The notes: generated by a model not told the origin, from the sequence alone. A stretch of DNA of 64,000 bases from Patescibacteria group bacterium (GCA_038078835.1 JBBTQI010000004.1:3352-67351); one strand, 5' to 3'. Counted from the stretch's first letter, positions 54,879 to 64,000 are shown. A program made the numbers and translations.

Positions 54879-57242
54879 GTGCTGAACAAAAAGAGGAGAG
54901 GGGACCAACATATTTTATGGTTCTCTGAGATAGACCGGGATGACATACCGCTGGTTGGCGGCAAGGGGGCAAATTTAGGTGAGCTGATCAAGGCCGGTAT
55001 TCCCGTTCCTAACGGTTTTTGCGTGACGGCGGCGGCTTACTATTACTTTTTGGAGAAATCGGGACTCAAAAAGGCGATTGCCCGGCTGTTGGCCAACTTA
55101 AACCCGGAGGATTCAAAGAAACTAAACCAGGTCTCCAAGGAGATCAAGAAGAAGATTATGGCGGCCAAGATGCCGGCTGATCTCTTGCGAGAGATTGGCG
55201 AGGCTTACAAGAAGCTCGGTGGCGGCTTACTGGTGGCGGTTCGCTCCTCGGCTACGGCCGAGGATTTGCCCGATGCTTCATTTGCCGGCCAGCAGGCAAC
55301 ATTTCTCAATATCCAGGGATATACGGAGGTGGCCGATGCGGTCCAGCGTTGTTACGCCTCGCTCTTTGAGGCGCGAGCAATCTATTATCGCATTGTCAAC
55401 AAGTTTGATCATATGAAGGTTGGCATTGCCGTGCCCGTGCAGAGTATGGTCGAGTCGGAACAGTCGGGGATTCTCTTTACGGTTGACCCGGTGACGGAGG
55501 AACAGAATCATCTGGTAATCGAGGCCGGCTTTGGTTTGGGTGAGGCGATTGTTTCCGGCTCTGTCACACCCGATCGTTATATTGTTGACAAGGCGGCGCA
55601 GGGGATTGTTGATAGGGAGATCAACAGCCAAGAGTGGAAAATCGTTCGGGACCCCAAGGGCGGCGACCGCCACGTGAATGTGCCGCCGGCGGACCGGAGG
55701 GCGCAAAAAATCAGCGATGATCTGATTTTAGCCTTGGCTAAGATTGGCACTAACATCGAAAAGCATTACGGCAAACCGCAAGACACGGAGTGGGCGGTAG
55801 AGGGCGGCAAGATCTACTTTGTTCAGAGCCGGCCGATCACGACACTGGGGAAAAGCAAGACAGCTGGGGATGAATATTCTTCGAACAATAACAATGCTGA
55901 CCTGCTAGCTAGCTTACCTGCTGATCAGCTGAAATTCGAAGTTTTGCTTAAAGGGGCGGCGGCCTCGATGGGGCAAGCGGCCGGCCCCGTTAAAATTATT
56001 TACAAACCGACGGAGATTGACAAGATCTTGGCGGGTGATGTTCTGGTGACGGAGATGACAACCCCTGATTATGTTCCGGCGATGCGCCGGGCGGCGGCAA
56101 TTGTCACCGATACCGGCGGACGCACCTGTCATGCCGCCATCGTCTCGCGCGAGTTGGGGATTCCCTGCGTTGTTGGCACCGGCACGGCCACCAGCGTGCT
56201 TAAAACCGGCCAAATGGTGACGGTAGACGGGGGCAAGGGCCTGGTCTACAAAGGCAAGGTGGCAGTGGCGGCAAAGCCGGAGGAGATTGCGCCGGCTAAA
56301 AGCGGAATAAGCGGTTCGGCGCTGGCAGAGGAGGTGCCGGTCACCGGCACTAAAGTCTACGTCAATTTAGGCGAGCCTCACCTGGCGGCGGAGGTGTCAA
56401 AGATGCCGGTAGATGGTGTCGGCTTGCTTCGGGCCGAGTTTATGATTGCCGAGATTGGCGAGCATCCCCGAGCGATGGTGGAGGCCGGCCGGGGGGAGGA
56501 TTATGTGAAAAAGCTGGCCGAAGGTTTGGAGACAATTGCCGCCGCCTTTGCGCCCCGCCCCGTGGTTTATCGCGCCACCGATTTTAAAACCAACGAATAC
56601 CGCAACCTAAAAGGCGGCGACAAATATGAGCCGCGGGAGAACAACCCGATGATCGGTTATCGCGGCGCCTCGCGGTATGTTAAGGAGCCGGATCTCTTTG
56701 CCCTGGAGCTGGAGGCGATTAAGCGGGTGCGGGAAACACTTGATTTGAAAAACCTCTGGCTAATGATTCCCTTTGTCCGAACCGTGGACGAAATGCGCCA
56801 GGTGATTGCTCTGGTTGAGAGCAATGGTCTTAAGCGCTCGCCCGACTTTAAACTCTGGATGATGGTTGAGATCCCCTCCAACGTTATCTTGCTGGAGAAA
56901 TTTATAGCGCTGGGCATTGACGGTGTTTCAATCGGTTCAAACGATCTGACCCAATTAACACTCGGTGCCGATCGCGACAATGAAACCCTGGCCAAAGTTT
57001 TTGATGAACGCGATGAATCGGTTGTGCTCTCTATTCAATATGTGATCAAAACTTGCCGCAAGCACAACATCACCTGTTCAATTTGCGGCCAGGCACCCTC
57101 AGTCTACCCCGAGATTACCGAGATGATGGTGAGGGCGGGGACAACCTCGGTTTCGGTTAGTCCCGATATGATCATCGGGAGCCGCAAACTGATTGCCTCG
57201 GTTGAGAAAAGACTGATGCTCTCCCGCGTCATTGATCGATAA
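54879..57242 (+). CDS. ppsA: phosphoenolpyruvate synthase (pyruvate, water dikinase); GTG start after RBS AGGAGGG
   Basis: ..ILWFSEIDRDDIPLVGGKGANLGEL.. (ATP-grasp N-domain), ..TDTGGRTCHAAIVSRELGIPCVVGTG.. (phospho-His domain), C-terminal PEP-utilising TIM barrel. Confidence 0.85.
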   Translation: MLNKKRRGDQHILWFSEIDRDDIPLVGGKGANLGELIKAGIPVPNGFCVTAAAYYYFLEKSGLKKAIARLLANLNPEDSKKLNQVSKEIKKKIMAAKMPADLLREIGEAYKKLGGGLLVAVRSSATAEDLPDASFAGQQATFLNIQGYTEVADAVQRCYASLFEARAIYYRIVNKFDHMKVGIAVPVQSMVESEQSGILFTVDPVTEEQNHLVIEAGFGLGEAIVSGSVTPDRYIVDKAAQGIVDREINSQEWKIVRDPKGGDRHVNVPPADRRAQKISDDLILALAKIGTNIEKHYGKPQDTEWAVEGGKIYFVQSRPITTLGKSKTAGDEYSSNNNNADLLASLPADQLKFEVLLKGAAASMGQAAGPVKIIYKPTEIDKILAGDVLVTEMTTPDYVPAMRRAAAIVTDTGGRTCHAAIVSRELGIPCVVGTGTATSVLKTGQMVTVDGGKGLVYKGKVAVAAKPEEIAPAKSGISGSALAEEVPVTGTKVYVNLGEPHLAAEVSKMPVDGVGLLRAEFMIAEIGEHPRAMVEAGRGEDYVKKLAEGLETIAAAFAPRPVVYRATDFKTNEYRNLKGGDKYEPRENNPMIGYRGASRYVKEPDLFALELEAIKRVRETLDLKNLWLMIPFVRTVDEMRQVIALVESNGLKRSPDFKLWMMVEIPSNVILLEKFIALGIDGVSIGSNDLTQLTLGADRDNETLAKVFDERDESVVLSIQYVIKTCRKHNITCSICGQAPSVYPEITEMMVRAGTTSVSVSPDMIIGSRKLIASVEKRLMLSRVIDR

Positions 57243-57243
57243 A

Positions 57244-57280
57244 CAAAAAAGAACCCCGCCTAAGCGGGGTTCTTTTTTTA
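57244..57280. terminator. bidirectional intrinsic terminator (GAACCCCGC-CTAA-GCGGGGTTC flanked by an A-tract and a T-tract)
   Basis: Perfect 9 bp GC-rich stem, 4 nt loop, T7 tract; lies between convergent genes. Confidence 0.65.
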
Positions 57281-57284
57281 TCAA

Positions 57285-57971
57285 TCAAGCGGCGTTAGGG
57301 ACAAGATCGGCTTGGCTGATTTGGGCCGGACCCGTTGTCTCTGCCGGTTCGGATGCCGCTCCGAGCTGGCGATAAATATGAGCGCCGGCGAGAGCGGCGA
57401 TCGGTATGGTTACGATAACGCCGACAATAGTGAGAATACCGTAGAGATTCAAAAGGCCGATAATGATAAAGAAGAAGAGGAGGTCGCCGGTGTGGCCGCG
57501 CGTCATAATCCAGCTTTCCCGGAGAGCCTCATCGGCTTTGAGATTTTTTTCAATGACCAGATAACCGTACTGGCTGAACCTTAGGGCGGCGATGACGCCG
57601 GGGACAATAAAAAGGATTGTGCCGGCGACGACCAGGGAGAGATAGGCGGCGGAGGCAACCAGATAGCGGAACCAGACGCCGCCGATATCAAAGAGGTCAA
57701 GCGGTTTGACCTTCTTTTCATCGATGATTTTAAGCGCAAGCTTGAGCAGGCCGACGGAGACAATAAAGCTCGCCGCATAAAGCAGGGTGTTCATGCCAAA
57801 GTAGGCCGGTATCGAGAGCAGATGTTCATATGTCTCGGTGAGAGAGGCGACAACCTGGATGGAGATAGTCGCGATGACGGCTAGCAGAATAGGCTGCCAA
57901 TTTTGCTTGGACAACTGCCAGCCCGCCCGCAGAGCGCTAAGTGTCGAGAAATTTCTATTTTTCATTCCCAC
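57285..57971 (-). CDS. multi-TM membrane protein (DUF975-like)
   Basis: 228 aa ORF with ~5 TM helices; no catalytic motif recognised. Confidence 0.5.
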   Translation of the reverse strand: MGMKNRNFSTLSALRAGWQLSKQNWQPILLAVIATISIQVVASLTETYEHLLSIPAYFGMNTLLYAASFIVSVGLLKLALKIIDEKKVKPLDLFDIGGVWFRYLVASAAYLSLVVAGTILFIVPGVIAALRFSQYGYLVIEKNLKADEALRESWIMTRGHTGDLLFFFIIIGLLNLYGILTIVGVIVTIPIAALAGAHIYRQLGAASEPAETTGPAQISQADLVPNAA

Positions 57972-58075
57972 TCCTTACCTCTTAACTTGGAGTATTTTAT
58001 ACCAAGCGATAGGTTTTTAGTTCATTAATTTAATACTGTTATAATTATAGCAAATTGTTTTTGCGATGCAAATTC

Positions 58076-58813
58076 TCAGATGTAATACCTCTGAATTAAG
58101 GGGTTGAGGCGGGTGAGGAGTTCGTAGTGGGAGACTCCGGCGAGTCCGGATAATTCCGGGGCGGTGACCGTGTTGTTCTCGTCCTTGCCAATCAGCGTCG
58201 CAACATCGCCAACCTTAATATCACCGGCATCAGTCACATCAACTGTTACCATATTCATACAAACGCGGCCCAGGACGGGGCATTGTCGCCCGTTGATCAG
58301 AACGGCGCCCTTGTTTGAGAGCGCGCGGGGAAGGCCATGCCAGTAACCAATGGGCAGAACCGCGATTGTGGAATCCCGCTTTAATTCGGCAGTTAGATCA
58401 TAACCGATTTTCACTCCCTTGGACAAATTTTTTACCTCCGAGACGATTGTCCGCCAGGATAGTATCGGCCAAAGGTTGAAGGCTAGAGGCTGAAGGTCGG
58501 GGGATGGTTTTACTCCAAACAGGCCAATCCCGATCCTAACCATATCAAAGTAAGCTTTAGGATAATAAAGCGTTCCGGCCGTGGCTGCGGCGTGTTTGGT
58601 CAATTGAGGGTAATCGGCCAGGAGGCGGTCGCATACTATATTAAACCGGTCGACTTGTTTTTCGGTATAACTCCGGTTGCGGTTGTCTGTGGCGGCGGCA
58701 AAGTGAGTATAGACGCCCTGAACCTCAATCTGAGGCAGATCTCTTAGTCTCAGGATTAACCGGTCAACGTCGGACAATAAAAACCCCTGGCGGTGCAGTC
58801 CGGTATCGATTTT
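58076..58813 (-). pseudogene. alr: 5'-truncated alanine racemase: retains ..KIDTGLHRQGF.. onward and the C-terminal beta domain but lacks the N-terminal ~125 aa including the PLP-binding Lys; in-frame stop upstream
   Basis: Translation aligns with alanine racemase from the KxDTGMxRxGF motif to the C-terminus; the upstream frame hits a stop at 58814-58816 and no N-terminal alr sequence is found. Confidence 0.55.
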
Positions 58814-58970
58814 TAAGCAAAGAAGGGGAGAGGCAGGTTAGCTCGGGACAGGTGGAAAAAGATTAATTATTTTGTTTGCTTGTCCTTAAATCGGAGACAT
58901 TAAAATAGCCACTGAAACCTCGCTTTAATCGGCTTGGTTTTTTTAGTGCCGTCGGTCTCCCCCGTTCCAA

Positions 58971-59333
58971 TTAGAACTTGAAGTTCTCGGCGTACTGGCC
59001 GATGAGCGGCAGGGGCTGCTCCTTGCCATTGAGGGCGTTGACAATACCCAGAATAAAGAGAATTAGGGCAATAAGACTGCCGATCGGCGCAATAATAAAC
59101 CAGCCGAGAACCGGTATGACACTGCCCAAGACGGAGACCAAAATCGAGAAGATGAGCAATGTTAGCCCCTGCTTCACATGGAACTTCACAAAGGGGTCAT
59201 CTTTGGCATCAGTCAAGAGCGGCAGGAAAAAGATGATATAGGCGATGACCGCCATACCAATATTTTTGCCGCTACTCGACTTTGTCTTCGGTTTTGCCTC
59301 CGACTTGACCTCGGTTTTCTCCTCTTCTGCCAT
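58971..59333 (-). CDS. DUF4870-family small membrane protein
   Basis: ..IGMAVIAYIIFFLPLLTDAKDDPFVKFHVKQGLTLLIF.. matches DUF4870. Confidence 0.6.
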   Translation of the reverse strand: MAEEEKTEVKSEAKPKTKSSSGKNIGMAVIAYIIFFLPLLTDAKDDPFVKFHVKQGLTLLIFSILVSVLGSVIPVLGWFIIAPIGSLIALILFILGIVNALNGKEQPLPLIGQYAENFKF

Positions 59334-59678
59334 ACTCTCCTTTCTTTAATGTTAATTCCATCTTATCACTTCTTGTTTGGCTTATCTAGCCGGGAGTTGA
59401 AAAAAAGATGGTTATAGTGTAACATTGAGCGGTGGAGGTGGAGGATGAGCCAGGGGGTTGATCGCGAGGATGTTCTGGGCTGGCCGCTGAAATGTCCCAC
59501 AGTCAGTGTCACTTTCGCTGTTACTTGGCAAGAGCTGGAGAGCTCTCGGGTAGTCGACGAATTCGACCGCCGCCATATCGAGATGTCCTGTCCGCACTGC
59601 CCGGCTCTGATCCGCTTTAAACGGTGCATCGTCAATGGAGCGAGGTACAGCGAACACATCGGGTCCGCTTGAGCATTA

Positions 59679-60248
59679 TCAGGCGGACTTATCTTTTAGC
59701 AACAACATCGCGGCTTTGTGCTTGGGCTCAATTATTTTTTTCGACTTGGCAAAGTGGAGCTGCTGCCACTTGCGTTCCAGTTTCTGCCGGACGGAGTCCC
59801 GGGCTTCGCCTTGGGTTTTACCCTCGTAGACGAGAGCGGCTTTGAATAAACCGGCAAAGTTATCAAAAGCGCTCATGGCATCGGCCTCGGCGATAATCTG
59901 TTCTTCGATGTTTCCCCTCTCGCTCGCTTGCGAGCCGCGGTGGTTTAAGATGCATTTTACAACTTGAGTGATTTTTTCCGGCGGATAATTTAGTTCCTGC
60001 AGTTTTTGCTTGGCAATGCGAGCGCCGCTTAAGTGATGGTTTCCCCGGCCCTCTATAATGGAGCCGATGTCGTGAAGCCAGGCGGCGAGGAGAACGACTT
60101 CCCTGTCCCCACCTAATTCATCAACTAATTTGGCGGCGTATTCCACCACCGGGGCGAAGTGATAAGCAAAGGGCTCGGCGCCGTACTTACTCCCCGGCTT
60201 CTCGCATTCGCTTCGGACAAACTCTTTTATCTCTTCGACAATGTTCAT
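59679..60248 (-). CDS. HD-domain metal-dependent phosphohydrolase
   Basis: ..LLAAWLHDIGSII..GNHHLSGARIA.. (H..HD motif). Confidence 0.7.
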   Translation of the reverse strand: MNIVEEIKEFVRSECEKPGSKYGAEPFAYHFAPVVEYAAKLVDELGGDREVVLLAAWLHDIGSIIEGRGNHHLSGARIAKQKLQELNYPPEKITQVVKCILNHRGSQASERGNIEEQIIAEADAMSAFDNFAGLFKAALVYEGKTQGEARDSVRQKLERKWQQLHFAKSKKIIEPKHKAAMLLLKDKSA

Positions 60249-60366
60249 ACTAAAACCCTCTATAACCCCGTCGTTTTTTGGCCAGGTTTTCGCTGCAGCC
60301 GCCTGGTTTTTTATTGGCCAAATTAGATATATTGATCAATCGGTCTTATTGGACTTATTAAATTAT

Positions 60367-60456
60367 TGGCGGAAGGGGCGAGATTCGAACTCGCGGGCCG
60401 ATTGCTCGGCCACAGTCTTTCCAGGACTGCCAGTTAAACCACTCCTGCACCCTTCC
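60367..60456 (-). tRNA. tRNA-Ser (anticodon GGA), long variable arm, encoded CCA
   Basis: Reverse complement GGAAGGGTGCAGGAGTGGTTTAACTGGCAGTCCTGGAAAGACTGTGGCCGAGCAATCGGCCCGCGAGTTCGAATCTCGCCCCTTCCGCCA folds as a cloverleaf. Confidence 0.78.
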
Positions 60457-60523
60457 GCGATGAGATCATATTAGCAAATTTTGAGGCTAAAAGATAGAGA
60501 TTGGACTTTACCGGCAAGACGAA

Positions 60524-61072
60524 TCAATCTTGCCCCTTCCTTAAAAAACTTAAACAGAAGATAACACCAGAAAAAAGTATTAGATTTGGCAACAGGGAAG
60601 GCGAGTTGGAGAGATAAAAAAGGCCCGGCGGCGGAGGCCGTCGGGCGCAGATGGAGTATCGGTGGTGCGCCAAGACGCTACCGGTACTCGACGGTGAGGC
60701 AGTAGATGGTTCGGTCACCGAACCCTCCCGATCATACTCGACGGTGCGCCGCTTGACCTTGCCTGGCGACTTGGCCAGCCTCTCGGTATGTCTTTTCTCG
60801 GTATACCGGAGAGTGGCGTCAACCGACGCCTCGCCTAGGTAATCCTGGTGCTCTGTCCAGAAGCGGCAAATCTTGCCGCCCGGCTCCGCTTCGACGTTGG
60901 GCCGTTCGGGGTCCCAGGTCTGCAGGTCGGCCAGCCTGGCCGATACCGGCACGGCTTGCCTCTTAACCTCTTTGTGGAACCGGTCGTAGACCAGGAATAC
61001 GGGGAGACTGGTAATAACTATGATCACCACTACTGCCCCCAGCTCTACCAGTGTGAAACCCCTCTTCTTCAT
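60524..61072 (-). CDS. type IV pilin / pseudopilin (prepilin N-terminal cleavage-methylation motif GFTLVEL); the annotated C-terminal tail reads through a terminator-like hairpin, so the true 3' end is doubtful
   Basis: MKKRGFTLVELGAVVVIIVITSLPVFLV.. is a class III signal peptide; start ATG overlaps the upstream gene stop (ATGA). Confidence 0.5.
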   Translation of the reverse strand: MKKRGFTLVELGAVVVIIVITSLPVFLVYDRFHKEVKRQAVPVSARLADLQTWDPERPNVEAEPGGKICRFWTEHQDYLGEASVDATLRYTEKRHTERLAKSPGKVKRRTVEYDREGSVTEPSTASPSSTGSVLAHHRYSICARRPPPPGLFYLSNSPSLLPNLILFSGVIFCLSFLRKGQD

Positions 61073-61581
61073 TTCTCGTTTCCTTCCGTTTGTAGCTCCT
61101 CCCCTGCCCAGAAGAACCAGAGAGCAGAGAAGAGAAGGCCGGACCAGACAGTACTGATTAGGGCTACTGATGCCGCGCGCCTCGCGATCTCGGATCGCCG
61201 CCATCTTTTCTCTTTTGCTGTTTGCTCGCAGTCGATAGTCCAGAGCGTTATAGCGCAGATAAAGACAAACTGGACATAGTAGTGGAGTGACATACTGGCG
61301 GCAAGGAAGAAGGTCATCACTGTCAGGAAGACCCCAAGGTAGCGGAAAATGGTCTCGTTGTTAGACCACTGGTCCTGGATTGTCTCGTTTATCACATACC
61401 ATGTAGCCAGGAAGAGACTAGCGATAATTGCCACCCACCAAGGGGTAACTACCAGTTCGAAAAGCTGGACCGTGATCGCCATGATCACAACCAGCTCAAC
61501 CATCAATGCCGCTTTGAGCCAGATACGGTATTCCAAACTGATGTCTTCCAGCTTGGTGCTGAGCATTGACCAGGTCTTCAT
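61069..61581 (-). CDS. hypothetical 5-TM membrane protein, translationally coupled to the pilin gene
   Basis: ORF with several hydrophobic helices; locally higher GC than surrounding genes. Confidence 0.45.
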   Translation of the reverse strand: MKTWSMLSTKLEDISLEYRIWLKAALMVELVVIMAITVQLFELVVTPWWVAIIASLFLATWYVINETIQDQWSNNETIFRYLGVFLTVMTFFLAASMSLHYYVQFVFICAITLWTIDCEQTAKEKRWRRSEIARRAASVALISTVWSGLLFSALWFFWAGEELQTEGNEK

Positions 61582-61752
61582 CTCGATCTCCTTGTTGGTG
61601 TGCGTCTGGGGCACTCTTGGCGCCACAGTTGATATGATAGTATCATAATTTGAAAATAATGCAAGGCAGGAAAGCTCGATCGATTGGCAAGTTGGCCTGA
61701 AACGTGTAGCATCGAACATAGAACATAGAACACTAAATATAGTGGAGATATT

Positions 61753-63027
61753 ATGGCTGAAGTGGAAAAGCTACGAATTATCTGTCCCAAATGCCAAGCG
61801 GAGATCTCTATTGACGAGGCTTTGCGGGGCCAGTTGGTTCAAGGCGAAAAAGACAAAGCCGAAAAGGAATATCAGGGTAAGCTGGAAGCGGAGAAGAAAA
61901 AGCTCTGGGCGATGGCGCTTGTGAAAGCGGAGGAAAGATCAAAGGCCGAAGGCCGAAGGCAGAATAAGGAGCTGGAATTTTTAAAGGAACAACTGGAGAT
62001 CCAGAAGAAGAAAAGAACCGAGGCAGAGGAGGTAGAGCGGAAACTTCGAAAGGAAAAGTTAGAACTTGAAGAGTCTAAAAAATCATTTGAGCTAGAGAAA
62101 CAGCGCCAACTAGATGAGGAGCGGGCGAAAATTCGGGAGGAGACATCAAAGAAAGCTGACGAAGATCATCGCTTGAAAGAGGCCGAGTGGCAGAAAAAAT
62201 TTGAAGATATGAAAAAGTCATACGACGATGTTAAGCGTAAAATGGAACAGGGTTCCCAGCAGACCCAGGGTGAGGTGTTGGAGCTGGAACTCGAGGAGAT
62301 GCTCCGGGCCGAATTTGCTATCGACGAGATCACGCCGGTGTCCAAGGGGATCACCGGCGCCGATATCATTCAGGTTGTCCGCGATCAGACCGGACACCGT
62401 TGCGGGCTTATTGCCTGGGAACTCAAGCGGACTAAGGCTTGGAGCGAGGGGTGGGTAATCAAGCTAAAGGATGATATGCGCAAAGTCCGGGCGGAGATTG
62501 CCATTCTGGTGACGGAGGTTCTACCCGATGGTATTGTCGAGTCGGGCTATTATAATGGTATCTACGTGAGTGTGCCGCGGTCAGCTCTCTCGTTGGCGAA
62601 GATGCTCCGCCTTTATATCATCAAACTCTCCGCTCTCTCGGCAATTGAGGAGGGTAAGAGCGAAAAAAAGGATGTGATCTATAACTACCTTTGCGGGACG
62701 GAGTTCCGGGGGCGAGTCGAGGCGATCGTCGAATCAACCGTTGCCCTCAAGGAGTCGTTGGATCGGGAGAGGCGGGCATATCAAAAGCTGTGGTCGGAGC
62801 GGGAGAAGCAGATTGAGCGGGTCGAGAGCAATATGATCGGGATGTACGGCGATATGCAGGGCATTGCCGGCCGAACCCTGCCCCAGATTAAAAGCCTGGA
62901 GCTGGAACCGGAGCGAGATCCAAAGATGATAGCAGCCAAGCCGGTGAAGCAAGATAGGCCCAAAGAAAGCGGGACCGCCCAGCAGCTGCACTTTGCGCAG
63001 CCAGGAATGGACGACGAACAATACTAA
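61753..63027 (+). CDS. DUF2130-family protein (N-terminal zinc ribbon CPKC, long coiled coil, C-terminal nuclease-like domain), with an in-frame GGCCGAA repeat
   Basis: MAEVEKLRIICPKCQAEISIDEAL.. plus K/E-rich coiled coil and ..GADIIQVVRDQTGHRCGLIAWELKRTKAWSEGWVIKLKDD.. as in DUF2130. Confidence 0.65.
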   Translation: MAEVEKLRIICPKCQAEISIDEALRGQLVQGEKDKAEKEYQGKLEAEKKKLWAMALVKAEERSKAEGRRQNKELEFLKEQLEIQKKKRTEAEEVERKLRKEKLELEESKKSFELEKQRQLDEERAKIREETSKKADEDHRLKEAEWQKKFEDMKKSYDDVKRKMEQGSQQTQGEVLELELEEMLRAEFAIDEITPVSKGITGADIIQVVRDQTGHRCGLIAWELKRTKAWSEGWVIKLKDDMRKVRAEIAILVTEVLPDGIVESGYYNGIYVSVPRSALSLAKMLRLYIIKLSALSAIEEGKSEKKDVIYNYLCGTEFRGRVEAIVESTVALKESLDRERRAYQKLWSEREKQIERVESNMIGMYGDMQGIAGRTLPQIKSLELEPERDPKMIAAKPVKQDRPKESGTAQQLHFAQPGMDDEQY

Positions 63028-63151
63028 CGACGAATCGCTAACCAAATAACCTAATTTCTAATTGACCTGATTGATCTAAACAAATCCTAAAATCTTAGAT
63101 AGGGTTAGAAACTGGAGCTTGGAAATCGTTTAGATTAATTAGAAATTAGAG

Positions 63152-63324
63152 TAATTACCAGTGTTGCGCAATTAATTGGCGATTCCTCGAATTGTCATCT
63201 CGAATCCGCCAACCGGCGGATGAGAGATCTCCGCTGTAGCAGCAAACTAATTCGAAGATTTCTCGCCTCCAAGGCCTCGAAATGACAGATTGTGGGCAGG
63301 ATTGCGCAACACTGGTAGTAATTA
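63152..63324. repeat. ~175 bp element bounded by ~22 bp terminal inverted repeats (TAATTACCAGTGTTGCGCAAT / ATTGCGCAACACTGGTAGTAATTA) with internal hairpins; MITE-like element or structured ncRNA upstream of dnaG
   Basis: 15 bp perfect + 7 bp imperfect TIR; flanking direct AT-rich TAATTAGAAATT on both sides; internal stems TCCGCC-AACC-GGCGGA and CGGA...TCCG. Confidence 0.45.
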
Positions 63325-63383
63325 GAAATTGTCTTAGTTGTTCGTTGTTGGAACGATTAGTTGTTCCTTTATGGTTGGTAAAC

Positions 63384-64000
63384 ATGGATGAAGTCCAAGA
63401 GATAAAACACCGCCTTGATATCGTCGAGGTGATATCAAGCTATCTTACCTTAAAGAAAGCCGGAGTGAACTATAAAGGGCTCTGTCCTTTTCACAATGAA
63501 AAAACACCCTCCTTTATGGTCTCGCCCGAGCGCCAGACCTTTAAGTGTTTCGGCTGTTCCGAGGGCGGCGACATTTTTACCTTTATTGAAAAAATGGAGG
63601 GTTTGGACTTCTATAACGCCTTGAAGATCTTGGCCGACCGGGCCGGGGTTCAGCTCAAGAGCCGGTCGGTGCGCCGGGGCGAGCAGGAGCACAAGGCCGA
63701 TCGCAAAACCCGCCTCTTTGAAATTAATGACTGGGCAAGGCGGGTTTATTATAAGCTGCTTCTCGATCATCCCAAGGCCGACACCGCCCGCTCTTACTTA
63801 AAAAAACGCGGCTTAGACCAAAAGACGATTACCGATTTTCAGATCGGCTATGCTCCGGACTCCTGGGATTTCTTAATCAGATTTCTAAAGAGCAAGGAGT
63901 ATACCGAGGAGGAGATGCTGCAGGCAGGCCTGGTTGTCCGCAACGATCGGGGCAAATATTACGACCGCTTCCGCGGCCGGGTGATGTTTCCGATTAGCAA
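63384..64000 (+). CDS. dnaG: DNA primase DnaG, N-terminal zinc-binding and TOPRIM portion (continues beyond the window)
   Basis: ..IVEVISSYLTLKKAGVNYKGLCPFHNEKTPSFMVSPERQTFKCFGCSEGGDIFTF.. is the canonical DnaG zinc ribbon. Confidence 0.92.
   Translation, partial: MDEVQEIKHRLDIVEVISSYLTLKKAGVNYKGLCPFHNEKTPSFMVSPERQTFKCFGCSEGGDIFTFIEKMEGLDFYNALKILADRAGVQLKSRSVRRGEQEHKADRKTRLFEINDWARRVYYKLLLDHPKADTARSYLKKRGLDQKTITDFQIGYAPDSWDFLIRFLKSKEYTEEEMLQAGLVVRNDRGKYYDRFRGRVMFPIS

Noticed and set aside
60241-60474. 77-aa plus-strand ORF
   Set aside because: Overlaps tRNA-Ser(GGA) on the opposite strand; non-coding.
1-64000. CRISPR arrays, rRNA genes, transposase/IS elements, integrase genes
   Set aside because: No regularly spaced direct repeats with unique spacers, no rRNA-like sequence, and no transposase or integrase ORF were seen. 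The repeats present are heptamer or palindromic simple repeats, not CRISPR.

Overview
This 64 kb window is gene-dense, about 48-50% GC, and reads like a core chromosomal segment of a small-genome bacterium; the best guess is a CPR/Patescibacteria-like lineage, which is inference only. It holds many housekeeping genes. Replication genes are dnaE, dnaX, dnaB, a two-piece polA, holA and the start of dnaG. Recombination and division genes are recA-recX and ftsK. RNA turnover genes are rpsO-pnp, RNase J and a DHH/NrnA phosphoesterase. Translation genes are rpmA, rplS, rpsT and gltX. Other housekeeping genes include ndk, lepB and ppsA, and there are five tRNA genes. A type IV pilus assembly operon (pilB-pilC-pilM-pilN-pilO) runs on the minus strand next to a two-component system and single-domain response regulators.

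The features worth a second look are these:
- polA exists as two ORFs separated by an inserted RelB/DinJ-YafQ/RelE-type toxin-antitoxin cassette with a recoded copy of the polA junction.
- A dispersed GGCCGAA-type heptamer/palindromic repeat family (RPE-like) and other short tandem repeats are inserted in frame into essential genes: dnaE, a Trm11-like methyltransferase, gltX, dnaX, polA, a GT1 glycosyltransferase and a DUF2130 protein.
- An HU/IHF-like DNA-binding domain is fused to the N-terminus of the PilB ATPase.
- A MntA/HepT toxin-antitoxin pair abuts tRNA-Glu.
- A tRNA-like 5' fragment lies directly upstream of tRNA-Arg.
- Three tandem secreted low-complexity proteins share a C-terminal motif.
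- A subtilase and an alanine racemase are degraded.
- A roughly 175 bp element with about 22 bp terminal inverted repeats lies upstream of dnaG.
- Structured RNA candidates include the rpsO-pnp leader hairpin.

No CRISPR array and no rRNA gene were seen. All calls rest on reading the sequence and ORF translations by eye; no searches were run.
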